From the sequence record DRR723986_6929: 64,000 nt of DNA; one strand, 5' to 3'. Both the position numbers and the translations under genes were made by a program. Shown here piece by piece: positions 1-10,445 of this stretch (position 1 is the stretch's first letter; each line of letters begins with the position of its first letter). Under the pieces are notes generated by a model, which worked only from the letters and a program-made list of their open reading frames with translations, did no database searches and was not told where the DNA came from.

Positions 1-573
1 ATGCTTCTATTGGTTCAGGGCTTCGAGACCTCCCGGTATCTCTCGAACGGGTATTCTGCCGCTATCAGAGCCAGAAGCATGTTGCTCGCTCAGCTATTAT
101 CGAGCGTTATTTACGTCGCTTTCGTTGCTTTGCTGCTGCCGTTACTGCATCACCTGGAACAAGGCAGGCCAGATGAAACATCAATAATCTTCCTCTCTTC
201 ATTTGCTGCGAGCGTTCTTCCATTGATGTTGATTGTTGCGGCGGTGATGAGCCAGTTCAGTGCTGCCGTTGCTGATACCGTCGGTTCTGGTGGACTGATG
301 GAGGAGCAGACGTCGGGCCGCATAAGCGCTGCATGGACATATTTGATTGTTGCAGCGCTTGGTATACTTTTGGTCTGGACCGCTGATATCTTCGAAATCG
401 TGGCAATTGCCTCACGTGCCTTTGCCGCATATTATTTGCTGCAAACAGGGATTTCTTTTGTTTTGCGGGCTCGCAAGCCTACAAATGGTCTTAAGGTGTT
501 ACACCTTCTGAGTTTAACAGTGCTTGGCGCCATACTATTAGCAGTTTTCTTTTTTGCTTTGCCGGTTGGTTAG
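1..573 (+). CDS. Multi-pass membrane protein, APC/permease-like (probably 5' partial)
   Basis: Several hydrophobic helices; ORF starts at window edge. Confidence 0.5.
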   Translation: MLLLVQGFETSRYLSNGYSAAIRARSMLLAQLLSSVIYVAFVALLLPLLHHLEQGRPDETSIIFLSSFAASVLPLMLIVAAVMSQFSAAVADTVGSGGLMEEQTSGRISAAWTYLIVAALGILLVWTADIFEIVAIASRAFAAYYLLQTGISFVLRARKPTNGLKVLHLLSLTVLGAILLAVFFFALPVG

Positions 574-692
574 AGTGTTTTGCTCCGGCCAAAACGTTAA
601 TCAGATACCGTAAATCATGGATAAAGCAATCTCCGTTTCTGGGACTGCGCATGTGAGTTTCCCATTAGCTGGTGGCGACTATTAAAAAGTCT

Positions 693-723
693 TTGACCTT
701 CCATCGACTGGAACCTTTATAGT
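693..723 (+). promoter_or_regulatory. CueR-type MerR promoter/operator
   Basis: TTGACC-19bp-TATAGT with dyad ACCTTCC-N7-GGAACCT. Confidence 0.8.
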
Positions 724-834
724 TCCGCTTATATGGTCGAGTAAGGCGATGCTAACGAAACTATCTGAATTCACTCAACACAAGATAAGTTCCTGTTAGC
801 ACACAATAGTCAGGGTGAAACATAGGTTGTTCAG

Positions 835-1326
835 ATGAAAGCAAGGAATGCAGTTGTTTTGGTACTTGCGTTGGCGGGCATCCTGATTGCGGCACAATAT
901 TACGCTGATGATCCTGTTTCCGAATCTGCTGAACTGGTCATTTCGTTTGAACCTAACAACATTGGTGTCGTTTCGCTCGGCCGCCAAATTTATGACCAAA
1001 ATTGCGCTTCCTGTCATGGTTTAGACCTTGAGGGAGAGCTGTCATGGCGGCAGCGGAAAAAAAATGGACGATTTCCGGCACCACCTCACGATGCATTTGG
1101 TCACACATGGCACCATACAGAAAATGTTTTGTTCAACATCACCAAATATGGCCCAGCAGCTCTCATAGGTGATCCTACATATCAAAGTGATATGCCAGCC
1201 TATAATGATATTCTTAGTGATACAGAAATTGTTGCTGCACTTTCATACATAAAAAGCCGTTGGCCGGACAACATTAGAAAGAAACATGACGCCATAACCG
1301 CTGCAAATGAAAAGCAAAACCAATAA
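835..1326 (+). CDS. Exported monoheme cytochrome c (copper-island type)
   Basis: N-terminal signal/anchor, CASCH, PAPPH..GHTWHH, distal MPAY. Confidence 0.85.
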   Translation: MKARNAVVLVLALAGILIAAQYYADDPVSESAELVISFEPNNIGVVSLGRQIYDQNCASCHGLDLEGELSWRQRKKNGRFPAPPHDAFGHTWHHTENVLFNITKYGPAALIGDPTYQSDMPAYNDILSDTEIVAALSYIKSRWPDNIRKKHDAITAANEKQNQ

Positions 1327-1385
1327 CCAACTAACTAATTTTAATACAAACTTCTTTTGAAAAAAAAAAGAAAAGGACCAAGATT

Positions 1386-1676
1386 ATGCAAGACAACCAA
1401 CCTGACCCTCCCATGATAAGAATTTCGGCGCTAGGCAATAGCATGAGCCTTTTCCTTGCAATAACTTTCATCCTCTGCGTGTCATTTGATCTCTTGATGC
1501 CCGAGATGGCAATGCACACGGCATGGGAAATATTTTTGCCTGGATTTGAGTGGTTAACTTTGACGAGTTTTGTGCTCGGCCTCGTCGAAACCTATGCCTA
1601 TGGCTGGTATATCGCCTTATTATGGGGCGCCCTCTACAATCTCTTTAACCAGCAAAAGGTAGCTCCCCCAAGTTGA
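1386..1676 (+). CDS. Small two-TM membrane protein (DUF5676-like)
   Basis: LCVSFDLL..LPGFEWLT..GLVETYAYGWY pattern; AAGGA RBS. Confidence 0.6.
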   Translation: MQDNQPDPPMIRISALGNSMSLFLAITFILCVSFDLLMPEMAMHTAWEIFLPGFEWLTLTSFVLGLVETYAYGWYIALLWGALYNLFNQQKVAPPS

Positions 1677-1735
1677 TACCAAGCGAGCGTCGCATAGCGC
1701 CAGCTTGGTATCAATGCGGAAGCCTTCGGAGACAG

Positions 1736-2155
1736 CTATTGGTACCGAACCAAGAAATCCAGTATGGGGCAATCCGGCTCTTCGTTGCCTCGACATTGAT
1801 CCGTCAGATGCTTCAGTTTTTCTTCGAGAGATCGAAGCTGTGCGATCTTCTCTCGCGTTTCTTCCAGTTGCTTTGTCGCCAGAAGCTTGACGTCCGCGCT
1901 TGTGCGGTCTTGGTTTTTATAAAGTGTCAACAACGATCTGCTGTCTTCTATAGAAAAACCCAGGCCACGAGCACCTTTAACGACAATAAGCGATTGAATG
2001 TCTTGTTTCCGAAACAGTCGGAATCCGTTTTCCGCCCTCAACGGCGAAACGAGTCCTATGCCTTCATAATATCGGATGGTTTTTTCGGGCAGGCCAACCC
2101 ATTCGGCTGCCTGGCCAATTTGCATAAGTGCGTCCATAACAATACCTCTATCCAA
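1736..2155 (-). CDS. cueR: Cu(I)-responsive MerR-family regulator
   Basis: KTIRYYEGIGL HTH, ARGLGFSIED, C-terminal C-x7-CPIL. Confidence 0.8.
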   Translation of the reverse strand: MDRGIVMDALMQIGQAAEWVGLPEKTIRYYEGIGLVSPLRAENGFRLFRKQDIQSLIVVKGARGLGFSIEDSRSLLTLYKNQDRTSADVKLLATKQLEETREKIAQLRSLEEKLKHLTDQCRGNEEPDCPILDFLVRYQ

Positions 2156-2277
2156 GCATTGAATTACATGAACCCTTTTGCAACTTTACTAACTTACCCG
2201 CTCCTGAGTGTATTTGACCAAAATCAAGGAAGGTCTTTTATATCCGGCTATAATTTGATGCTTGAAAGGCTTGGCAT

Positions 2278-2667
2278 ATGAAAGGCTGGCGTAAAATACT
2301 CTTACCGCTCCTTGCTTTTGCAGTGGCTGTTTGGCCAGTTGCGAGCCTGTCGGCGTATGCTGTCGAGACCGAGAGCAATTACGATACCTGTATCACCTCT
2401 TGGGACGGGATGTTGTCCAACCTTTCGTCACTTGCCACAAACGTTGGAGCCTCCGAGGAGGTTTTCTGCGGCCATTTTATGAGCGTTGAAGATATACCTT
2501 TGGAGAATACCGCGGCAGATTTTGTACCTGCTCCTCCTGTATTTACCCTGCAAAACCTTCGTTTTTTCGTACCTGATTTGAATTCACACATCGTGTTCAT
2601 CAATGCTGAGCATGCCCCCCACTCTCTAAATCCAGAAGTTGCTCCACACCCGCCCAAACACTGTTGA
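2278..2667 (+). CDS. Exported leader protein, CutF/DUF2946-like
   Basis: Signal peptide, Cys/His residues, ends PEVAPHPPKHC. Confidence 0.55.
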   Translation: MKGWRKILLPLLAFAVAVWPVASLSAYAVETESNYDTCITSWDGMLSNLSSLATNVGASEEVFCGHFMSVEDIPLENTAADFVPAPPVFTLQNLRFFVPDLNSHIVFINAEHAPHSLNPEVAPHPPKHC

Positions 2668-2779
2668 ACCCCATCGCACGCTCTCGACCTTTTTTTGAAT
2701 GAACCCTTTTAAGGGTCATGGCGTCTGGTTTGCCCGGCAATCGGGATCTTACATCAATTTACAGTTTTGGAGAGTTGCC

Positions 2780-4117
2780 ATGAGAGCAATTTCTTACTGG
2801 GGCGTGGCTACCAGCATGGCATGCGCTGTGTCGGCACTGGGCCTGACCCCCACATACGCTCAGAGCACGGAACAAGCTCAAATTCTGGAACGGCTAGATA
2901 CGCTCCAGGCAGAGTTGGATGCACTGAAAAAACAGCTTGCAGAAACAAAAACGCAAGCAGATCAATCAAAGAAACTTGCCGAAAAAGCGGATAACCGTGC
3001 CCAAAAGGCGGTGTTGGCCGCTGATCAAGTGCGACCAAATGCCTGGCACATGGCAGGTTACGCCGATGTGGGTATTGAGTTCAGCGACGGTGAAAACTCA
3101 GACACCTTCACCAGCGGCAAGTTCAACCCCGCATTCCATTTCCTCTATAAAGATCTGGTTCTGTTCGAATCAGAGTTTCAGGTCACCACAATGGACGGCG
3201 GCGAAACCGACCTTGAACTGGAATATAGTCAACTTGATTTTCTGCTGCACGACAACGCGGTTCTGGTAGCAGGGAAGTTTCTCAGCCCTGTCGGTCAGTT
3301 TCAGGAACGGTTACACCCGAGCTGGATCAACCGATTGACAAATGCACCCGTCGGTTTTGGTCACGGCGGTATTCAGCCGCTTAGCGATGTGGGGCTTATG
3401 CTCAGGGGCGGTATCCCTGTCGGTGAGCGATTATTCACCTACTCCGTGGCGGTCGGTAACGGTCCGCGTCTGGGGCATGACGGTGTGGAACTGGAGGGCT
3501 TTGGTCGTGACGACAATTCAAACAAAGCCATCAGTGGGCGTGCGGCCTTCTTCCCTATTGATAATCTTGAAATTGGTGGCTCCTTCCTGTTTGCCAAAGT
3601 GACAGCCGAGGGGGAAGAGGAGCCCGACGACGATCACGATGACGACGAAGTCCTAGCGAGCGTGGTAGCTGATTCCGGCGACCTACAAGACCTGCCTCTG
3701 CGAGATTACGACCTGTGGGGGTTTGACGCCGCTTTTACTAAAGGCAATTGGGACATCCGCGCGGAGTATCTTAACGCCAATCTGAAGGGCCTTGGCGACC
3801 CAGACGATGATCATGGAGATGTGATCGAACCGCTCTCGTGGGAAGCCTGGTATGCCCAGGTCGCCTATCGTATGTCGGGTGTTTCAGACTCATCGTTTTT
3901 CCAGAAGCTTGAACCCGTTGTTCGCTACGGACGGTTCACAGTGGAAGGAGACCATGACCTGGAGGACGAACTCAACGAGAAAAGGTTTAACATTGGCCTT
4001 AACTATTGGGTTTCCCCGTCTGTAGTGGTCAAGAGCGCGATTGAATTCCGCAATTATATGGCCAGCGAGCGTGAAGACGATACCCGCCTTCAGCTTCAGT
4101 TGTCCTACGGTTTCTAA
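2780..4117 (+). CDS. Outer-membrane beta-barrel porin with N-terminal coiled coil
   Basis: Signal peptide, coiled coil, C-terminal LQLQLSYGF, acidic/His loops; GGAGAG RBS before ATG 2780. Confidence 0.75.
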   Translation: MRAISYWGVATSMACAVSALGLTPTYAQSTEQAQILERLDTLQAELDALKKQLAETKTQADQSKKLAEKADNRAQKAVLAADQVRPNAWHMAGYADVGIEFSDGENSDTFTSGKFNPAFHFLYKDLVLFESEFQVTTMDGGETDLELEYSQLDFLLHDNAVLVAGKFLSPVGQFQERLHPSWINRLTNAPVGFGHGGIQPLSDVGLMLRGGIPVGERLFTYSVAVGNGPRLGHDGVELEGFGRDDNSNKAISGRAAFFPIDNLEIGGSFLFAKVTAEGEEEPDDDHDDDEVLASVVADSGDLQDLPLRDYDLWGFDAAFTKGNWDIRAEYLNANLKGLGDPDDDHGDVIEPLSWEAWYAQVAYRMSGVSDSSFFQKLEPVVRYGRFTVEGDHDLEDELNEKRFNIGLNYWVSPSVVVKSAIEFRNYMASEREDDTRLQLQLSYGF

Positions 4118-4138
4118 GAAATGAAAGGAGATATTCCG

Positions 4139-4432
4139 ATGACACGGAAAAGAGATTTTATTCCGCTTATGTTTGTAGCAGCAACGGTTGCGTTACTGGG
4201 TTTGGGCGCCGCACTTGCCCAAGCTGACAAACCTAAAGCAGATCCAATGCAATTTGCCCGCGGGGCCAAGGCCTGGGCCAAGAACTGCGCCCGCTGCCAC
4301 AATATGAGAAGCGCGCAAGACAACTCCGATGAGGAATGGCAGGTGGACATCGCCCATATGCGGGTGCGCGCCAACATTCCCGGTGATGTCGCGCGCGACA
4401 TCAGAGCCTTCTTGCAGGCGAGCAACAACTAG
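4139..4432 (+). CDS. Small monoheme cytochrome c
   Basis: Signal peptide, CARCH, HM motif; AAAGGAG RBS. Confidence 0.8.
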   Translation: MTRKRDFIPLMFVAATVALLGLGAALAQADKPKADPMQFARGAKAWAKNCARCHNMRSAQDNSDEEWQVDIAHMRVRANIPGDVARDIRAFLQASNN

Positions 4433-4442
4433 GACAACAGCC

Positions 4443-4799
4443 ATGAAAAAACGAACGATATTCAGAGTGCTCGCCACATCGACTTCCATCATACTTTTGT
4501 CTGGTGTTGCCGGTGCGCAGTTCATCGACATCGCCAACGGCAAGGAAAGATACGAGGAAACCTGCATTGCCTGTCATGGCGGAAACGGCAAAGGGGCCTT
4601 TGCCGGCATGCCCGACTTGACTAGAAAAAATGGTCCCTTTTCAAAAAGTGATGCCGAGTTGTTGCAAACCGTGACAGACGGCCTTGACCGGCCGGAGGCC
4701 GAGATGGCGATGCCACCACAAGGCGGCAATCCCGACCTAACGGAAAGCGACATAAAAGACATCCTTGCCTATATGCGCAGGTCATTTAAATGGAAGTAA
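4443..4799 (+). CDS. Monoheme cytochrome c
   Basis: Signal peptide, CIACH, MPPQGG. Confidence 0.85.
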   Translation: MKKRTIFRVLATSTSIILLSGVAGAQFIDIANGKERYEETCIACHGGNGKGAFAGMPDLTRKNGPFSKSDAELLQTVTDGLDRPEAEMAMPPQGGNPDLTESDIKDILAYMRRSFKWK

Positions 4800-4812
4800 A
4801 ATAACGCACAAA

Positions 4813-4850
4813 CAGTCGGAGTGTTGGCCTCCGAGCAAGCATTCCGACTG
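4813..4850 (+). terminator. Hairpin after cytochrome cluster
   Basis: CAGTCGGAGTG...CATTCCGACTG inverted repeat. Confidence 0.45.
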
Positions 4851-5052
4851 AAATATTATTGAAAGAGAGCCGACCAGGTGCCGGTTAGCCCGCGGACATA
4901 AAGCAAAGCAGGAACACTGAGGCAAACTTCTGTGAAAATTGGCTGTTGTCACCGGTGGATTTTGAACAGCAAACTGAAATGAAATCGTTAGGTGTCTAAC
5001 AAATCAGAGGTGGCTCGATACTCAACTATAGTGCAAACATAAGGAGCAAAGC

Positions 5053-5616
5053 ATGAAAACTAATCTTCTCTCAAAACCATTGTCAGCGGCGCTGGCGATA
5101 CTAATCACTCCAACAAAGGCATTCCCCTCCATTGTCCATGACGGCAAAAAAGAACATTCGTCCATGAAGGAACAAACGGCCGAGTACATGAAATTAAAAG
5201 GCCGCAAAGACCATATGTGCAGCATGCAAATGCATGAAAAAATGATCAAGTATATAACGAGGAGTATGACCAGCATTCTTATTGTATTCGTTGCATCAAT
5301 AAGCGTATCAGCCGATGGTGACGCCGTAAAAGGTCAAAAGGTTTTTAACAAGTGCCGTGCCTGTCACACGCTGAAGCCTGGTCGTAATATGGTAGGCCCG
5401 AGCCTTGCCGGCATTATGGGAAAGGAAGCAGGAAAAACGGAAAAGTTCAGATATTCAAAAGTGATGCTCGAATCGGGCTGGACTTGGGATGAGGCCACAA
5501 TGACCAACTACCTTGCCCAACCACAAACAGCCCTTAAAGGCACAAAAATGGCCTTCGTTGGTCTAAAAAAGCCTGAGGATATTGAAAATTTGATCGCTTA
5601 CTTGAAAGAAAACTAG
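5053..5616 (+). CDS. Cytochrome c2 (class I); true start uncertain
   Basis: GDAVKGQKVFNKCRACH, VGPSL, GTKMAFVGLK. Confidence 0.85.
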   Translation: MKTNLLSKPLSAALAILITPTKAFPSIVHDGKKEHSSMKEQTAEYMKLKGRKDHMCSMQMHEKMIKYITRSMTSILIVFVASISVSADGDAVKGQKVFNKCRACHTLKPGRNMVGPSLAGIMGKEAGKTEKFRYSKVMLESGWTWDEATMTNYLAQPQTALKGTKMAFVGLKKPEDIENLIAYLKEN

Positions 5617-5699
5617 GAATTTGTACACTGGGATATAGATTCCAGTTCTTTTAATCTCATCAATAAAGATCATCCACACTCGAAACATGCCGGCAAAGA

Positions 5700-5945
5700 G
5701 CCTAGGTCGCGTTGGCCGCCAGCACCATATAGAGGTCCCCCCTTTACCCGTAAGCGGATTAGACAAATGCACGCTCAGTGCCGCAGGTTCGCCAGTTCCC
5801 ATCGCCATCTGGTTCAGACTGATTTTCGGACCACCCGTCTCATCGACTACAATTTTCCAATTGTCATCGTCGGGGCTACGGCCCAGTGCCTGTATTTCGT
5901 CGGTATTCAAAAGAATATCGCCGAAACCTCCTCGCTTTAAACTCC
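5700..5945 (-). pseudogene. ApbE/NosX-like flavin transferase fragment
   Basis: LKRGGFGDILLNTDEIQALGRSPD..W..HLSNPLTG resembles ApbE; no intact start or end. Confidence 0.4.
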
Positions 5946-6079
5946 AGTTTATACATCAGCTTTTGGAAACCACCCACCTAGTGTAAGCGCATTTAGAAGG
6001 ACACTGATAGAACTGGGTGCCATAGTGCCACCCGCAATCATGGGGCAAGGATACATCGGAACATCTTGGGCGCAAACAT

Positions 6080-6430
6080 ATAGCCGCACAGGCATACAAG
6101 GTGGCTGAGAAACGACCATTCCGTCCTTCGGCACTGTTGACAGAACAGGTGATGGCGGCACCAGTTGAGACTCTGGAGCCCGGAGCGATGATGTCAGAAA
6201 CGTTGCGGCAATTTGGGAAAATGCCTTCCGTCATCTGCCGATAGTTTCAACCGCGGGCAGGCTAGTCGGCATTGTTTCTGAGCGCGACATCCTGCGACAT
6301 CGGGCTTAACCGCGAATTTTCAATCCAAAGCACCGACCAACCGAGACGACGTGCAGATAGAGCATATAATGACGCCAAAGGTGTTAACTGCCAGTGTGAA
6401 TACCGATGTTCGGTATATGGCGCGCTTAGT
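6080..6430 (+). pseudogene. Frameshifted CBS-domain protein
   Basis: QVMAAPVETL / FRHLPIVSTAGRLVGIVSERDIL / IEHIMTPKVLTA lie in shifting frames. Confidence 0.6.
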
Positions 6431-6653
6431 ATTACCGAAAGATGCGCTACTCTAATCTTGGCCTAATTCGCTATGTACTCGCACTCTCCCCCGTGCAGCA
6501 TATTCGTCAAATAGGATAGCCGACTATAGGTGACGTAAACTTCGGCCTTTTTACAACCATCTGGAACCGCCTGCTTTGGGCACCGTCTAATAGCTTGTGC
6601 TTAAATACTTATTTCCTATTATAGATACTTTAAAATACCAAAGGGGAGAGAAA

Positions 6654-7139
6654 ATGACGAAGCAACTGAAAAAATTTATTTGGGCAGCTATGATCATATT
6701 AACGCCTGGTCCAGCCTTCGCGGATACAGAAGGTGAGAAAGCCATCAAAGAAATTATCACGGCTATTGAATATGGCTGGGAAAATGGCGATGGCACACCC
6801 TTTAGAAAGCATTTTCTGGATTTTGATGGTGCGCGCTATATTGAGTCTGGAGGCCAGAACGAAGGGCTTGACGACCTTGTGACCCATCACGTGGAACCGG
6901 AAAAGGATGCGCTCGAATATCTAAGTATCGATTTCTCAGATATTGATATCTATTTCGAAGAAGGTTTTGCCTGGGCTATTGCCGATACACGCGTCAAAGG
7001 CAAAGTCCGCAAAAGTGGCGAGGAATTTGATAAAGCAGGCCGAGAAACATTTTTGTTCCGTATGGTGGATGGTGCATGGAAGGTAGTTCACACCCATTCG
7101 TCCAGTCGCGATTATAAACCAAAGAAGCCAGCAAACTGA
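6654..7139 (+). CDS. Exported NTF2/SnoaL-like (DUF4440-like) protein
   Basis: Signal peptide; C-terminal [12 protein letters not shown]. Confidence 0.75.
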   Translation: MTKQLKKFIWAAMIILTPGPAFADTEGEKAIKEIITAIEYGWENGDGTPFRKHFLDFDGARYIESGGQNEGLDDLVTHHVEPEKDALEYLSIDFSDIDIYFEEGFAWAIADTRVKGKVRKSGEEFDKAGRETFLFRMVDGAWKVVHTHSSSRDYKPKKPAN

Positions 7140-7249
7140 TATTATGTTGCGCAAACCCGCTACGTGGTTACGGTCATCTTGATATTGAGCAAACTACATG
7201 TGGGGAGACGCCAAATGTCTCTTTCATGGTTTGCGAGAAGTGACCAGGT

Positions 7250-7520
7250 TCTGAAGTGGCCGCTTTAAGGGAGGCACTGGTCACATCTGCGCCGGCGACC
7301 ATATCTCCGCAAGTGAAAAACCGAGTGACTGCGCTTCACGAAAAAAACGCACCTTGTTTATTGTCTCGCTGCCATAGCCCCGGCAGCCGGGGGCAGCCTA
7401 TCTGGTGCAGGCAGAAAGTCGTGGCGCTCATAATAGCGAATGGTTTCGACACCGACGCCAGTTCGGGCTGCCAGCTTACCAATCGTCAAATATTTCCTGT
7501 ATTTTCTCCTACAGCCATTT
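7250..7520 (-). pseudogene. Frameshifted MerR-family regulator
   Basis: LTIGKLAARTGVGVETIRYYERH out of frame with upstream ATG and stopping early. Confidence 0.7.
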
Positions 7521-7634
7521 TTTGTAAATAGACTGCAATCTCTTTGATTCGCCTCAACTTAAGCCCTAGCGTTTACTATAAGGTCATGGCTTTAAAAGCA
7601 TAAAGAGTAGGAGACAAAGTTAAGATATTGGCCT

Positions 7635-8372
7635 TCAACGTTTTTTTCTGCCCAAGATAAAGTTGAAATCTCGGCGATAGAACCGGTAAAATAGCAGGAA
7701 AAGGCCAGATAAGGCAAAAACCAGCGCTGAAATGGAGAATGTTATCAAAAGTGGATTATTAAAATCTTGGCGTTCTTCATAATCCATAATGTGTAGCATC
7801 CAGAAAAAGTCGAAAAGACGCCAGTCGGATGAACGTCGGGCTACCACACGCGCCTGAACGGGCGAAACATATATTGATGTCTTCTCATCGTCCGCAAAAT
7901 TCACGCGCCACACCGGAAGCGGTCCACGGTAATCAATATTGTTTTCCATCATTTCAATAACGGCAGAAACAGGATAGTCAGGCGCATAATCTGCCTCTGC
8001 AATTGTTTGCGCAAGCTCCTTGGAAATTGGCGTGATCAATTGCCCCGTAATGGCATCACGAATCTCTTGCCCATCTTCGAAACGGATCTTGGCAATGGTT
8101 TTTCCAAGTAGAGTGTCATAACCAAGCTGAATTATAGGTCTTCCCGCAAGTTCAGATAGCGCTTGGAAGGAAAGTAGGTCGAGCTGGTTATCAATTGCGG
8201 GCGGTACCTTGAGTGCTACCTTATGTTCGCCCCGGACTTCTTCGATTGGAATCCAAGACATGACAACACCGCCCATGACCCAGAATACAATCTGGAGGCC
8301 AACGAACAATCCAATCCATTTGTGAGTAGTGGCCATATATTTATGGAGCTTTTGTTTCTGACTAAAAGCCAT
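7635..8372 (-). CDS. PepSY-associated TM protein
   Basis: HKWIGLFVGLQ..W and WRLFDFFWMLHIMDY motifs. Confidence 0.8.
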   Translation of the reverse strand: MAFSQKQKLHKYMATTHKWIGLFVGLQIVFWVMGGVVMSWIPIEEVRGEHKVALKVPPAIDNQLDLLSFQALSELAGRPIIQLGYDTLLGKTIAKIRFEDGQEIRDAITGQLITPISKELAQTIAEADYAPDYPVSAVIEMMENNIDYRGPLPVWRVNFADDEKTSIYVSPVQARVVARRSSDWRLFDFFWMLHIMDYEERQDFNNPLLITFSISALVFALSGLFLLFYRFYRRDFNFILGRKKR

Positions 8373-8870
8373 ACTTCCCCTTTCTATGCGTTTCCCAAGG
8401 GGATCATTTTCGTCCCCGCAATTAGTAGGCAGTATAAAGGTTGGAGTAAGAACAGGGTCAAGATCATCAATAAGAAATATTGATCCTGATATATTGTCAA
8501 AAGATCCCGGCCGCTTCTCAAGGCATGGCGATCACGCATGCTAGCGGTCTGTCATGTAATGCATATGAATATTCTTAAGTGCAATCAAGGTTTACTAGTT
8601 ACTCGCGTGTTATTGAGGTCACCACCGCTTGGCTGGTTTTCGCATGACTAACGGCATTTTAACCATATCAAGTGTACAGTTTACTCAACCCATAACTGAT
8701 AACATCGACGCCGCAGGCTCACCTTTGGCTAATTCAGAATTTGCAAAGGTGACAATCACATGGGATTGTTGAAAGGGAAAAATTCAGTAAATCATTCGAT
8801 TATCTAACCGTTTCTTGTTGTCAAAGGCGACCAGCCAGCCAGCTCTCCCGATTGATCTCGTAGTTACTCT

Positions 8871-9191
8871 TTAACGCCACCTTTCTGCAATATCATTTTT
8901 CTGAATGTCACCTGAAAGTACCTTTACGCGCGCAAAATGCTCGTTGATAACGTCCACAACTTCAATCGTACCGATTTCTTCGCGTAGCAAGTCCTCATCA
9001 GCGAACTCATCAGGAATAGAAATACGGAAAACATTCAAAACCTGCCCGGGCTGGGCGCCGTCTGCGGCTCCTATACATATGACGGTATCCGATTGAGTAG
9101 CAGAAACAACTAGACACCGCATAAAGACTCCATGAACCAAGCCGCCCCCGTAACCAAGCTTTGCGCAGCTTGCAATTGAGATTGCAAGCAC
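8871..9191 (-). CDS. Hypothetical lipoprotein-like protein
   Basis: IASC lipobox-like; small beta domain; start uncertain. Confidence 0.45.
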   Translation of the reverse strand: MLAISIASCAKLGYGGGLVHGVFMRCLVVSATQSDTVICIGAADGAQPGQVLNVFRISIPDEFADEDLLREEIGTIEVVDVINEHFARVKVLSGDIQKNDIAERWR

Positions 9192-9280
9192 AAGAGCAAC
9201 GGCGAAACCGAATTGTATTCGACTAGGTTACGCCAAATTTGACACAGTACTGTTTGCTCGAATGCCTAGAGCAGCTTCTG

Positions 9281-9715
9281 CTATGCAGTTAATTTGCTGT
9301 GCTCTTCGCATAGATTGTGATCCGCCAGCACCTTGATAATACGGCAGTCGGAAACTGTGCCGCCAGCACAGTGACTGATCATGCGCCTGAGTTCATTTTC
9401 CATAACTTTCAGCGAGGCGATTTTGCGTTCCACTTCATTCAGATGATTGCACGCGATTTCGTCCACCTCATCGCACGGCCTGTCGGGCTGGTCTGCAAGT
9501 GCCAGCAAACTCCTGATGTCATCGAGCGAAAACCCCAGCTCACGGCTATGCCGGATAAAAGTCAGACGTTCCAAATGAGTGTCGTCATACATTCGCCGAT
9601 TGTTGGCAGCACGGACGGCGGGCGGCATCACGCCGATCTCTTCATAATACCGGATTGTCTGCACCTTGCAGCCGGTACGCGCCGCGAGTTCGCCAATCAT
9701 AAAATCCTGCGACAT
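9281..9715 (-). CDS. MerR-family Cd/Zn/Pb regulator (CadR-like)
   Basis: QTIRYYEEIG, DRPCDEVD, C-x6-CRII; divergent from CDF gene. Confidence 0.85.
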   Translation of the reverse strand: MSQDFMIGELAARTGCKVQTIRYYEEIGVMPPAVRAANNRRMYDDTHLERLTFIRHSRELGFSLDDIRSLLALADQPDRPCDEVDEIACNHLNEVERKIASLKVMENELRRMISHCAGGTVSDCRIIKVLADHNLCEEHSKLTA

Positions 9716-9726
9716 GCATTTTTTCC

Positions 9727-9757
9727 TTGCTCCTACAGCAACTGTAGCATGTAGGTT
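9727..9757 (+). promoter_or_regulatory. MerR-type promoter/operator for CDF gene
   Basis: TTGCTC-19bp-TAGGTT with dyad CTACAG-CAA-CTGTAG. Confidence 0.8.
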
Positions 9758-9794
9758 CTGAGTTGTGAAACTAACAATGATTCGGAAATGACAA

Positions 9795-10445
9795 ATGTCT
9801 GACGACTGTGGCTGCAGCTCAACTCAAAATTTTGATGGTTCATCACCTGCTTATAAGCGCATCCTGATAATTATCATCGCAATCAATTTCGGTATGTTTG
9901 TGGTTGAACTTTTAGGCGGACTGTCGTCTGGCTCCATGGCTCTTCTGGCAGACTCGCTCGATTTTCTCGGTGACAGCGCGACCTATACAATTTCGTTAAT
10001 TGTCATTGGAATGCCAATCGCAACGCGGGCGAAAGCTGGTTTATTTAAAGGCCTGTCGCTTTTTATCATAGCGGCATGGGTGCTTGGAAGTACAATTTAC
10101 CGGGTATTTGTCGAAGGTGTGCCCGAGGCTTTGACTATGGGCGCAATTGGTTTTGCAGCCCTTGCCGCCAATGTGATCAGCGTGATTCTACTCCTGAAAT
10201 ATAAAGATGGAGACAGCAATGTACGCTCAGTCTGGCTTTGCAGCAGAAATGATGCGGTCGGCAATATTGCTGTGATACTCGCAGCTTCCGGGATTGCAGC
10301 TACAGATACAGCGTGGCCAGACCTTGCAGTTGCAGGCGTCATGGCGAGCTTGTTCATCCATTCTGCAACCAAAATTGTTCGGCAGTCGTGGAGTGAGCTT
10401 GAAGCTGAAAAGATACACCCGTCAACGACAACGAGCAAAAATTAA
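9795..10445 (+). CDS. Short cation diffusion facilitator (Cd/Zn/Co efflux)
   Basis: ALLADSLDFLGD, VRSVWLCSRND, N-terminal CGC. Confidence 0.85.
   Translation: MSDDCGCSSTQNFDGSSPAYKRILIIIIAINFGMFVVELLGGLSSGSMALLADSLDFLGDSATYTISLIVIGMPIATRAKAGLFKGLSLFIIAAWVLGSTIYRVFVEGVPEALTMGAIGFAALAANVISVILLLKYKDGDSNVRSVWLCSRNDAVGNIAVILAASGIAATDTAWPDLAVAGVMASLFIHSATKIVRQSWSELEAEKIHPSTTTSKN

Noticed and set aside
1360-1369. Poly-A tract as a phase-variation switch
   Set aside because: Intergenic A10 in an AT-rich spacer with no supporting evidence
1673-2281. 202-aa plus-strand ORF
   Set aside because: Antisense shadow of cueR; the many ORFs opposite czcA, the RND, parB and relaxase genes were rejected likewise
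5956-6234. Subtilisin-like ORF (DIIAPG)
   Set aside because: Antisense to the CBS pseudogene; no catalytic motifs
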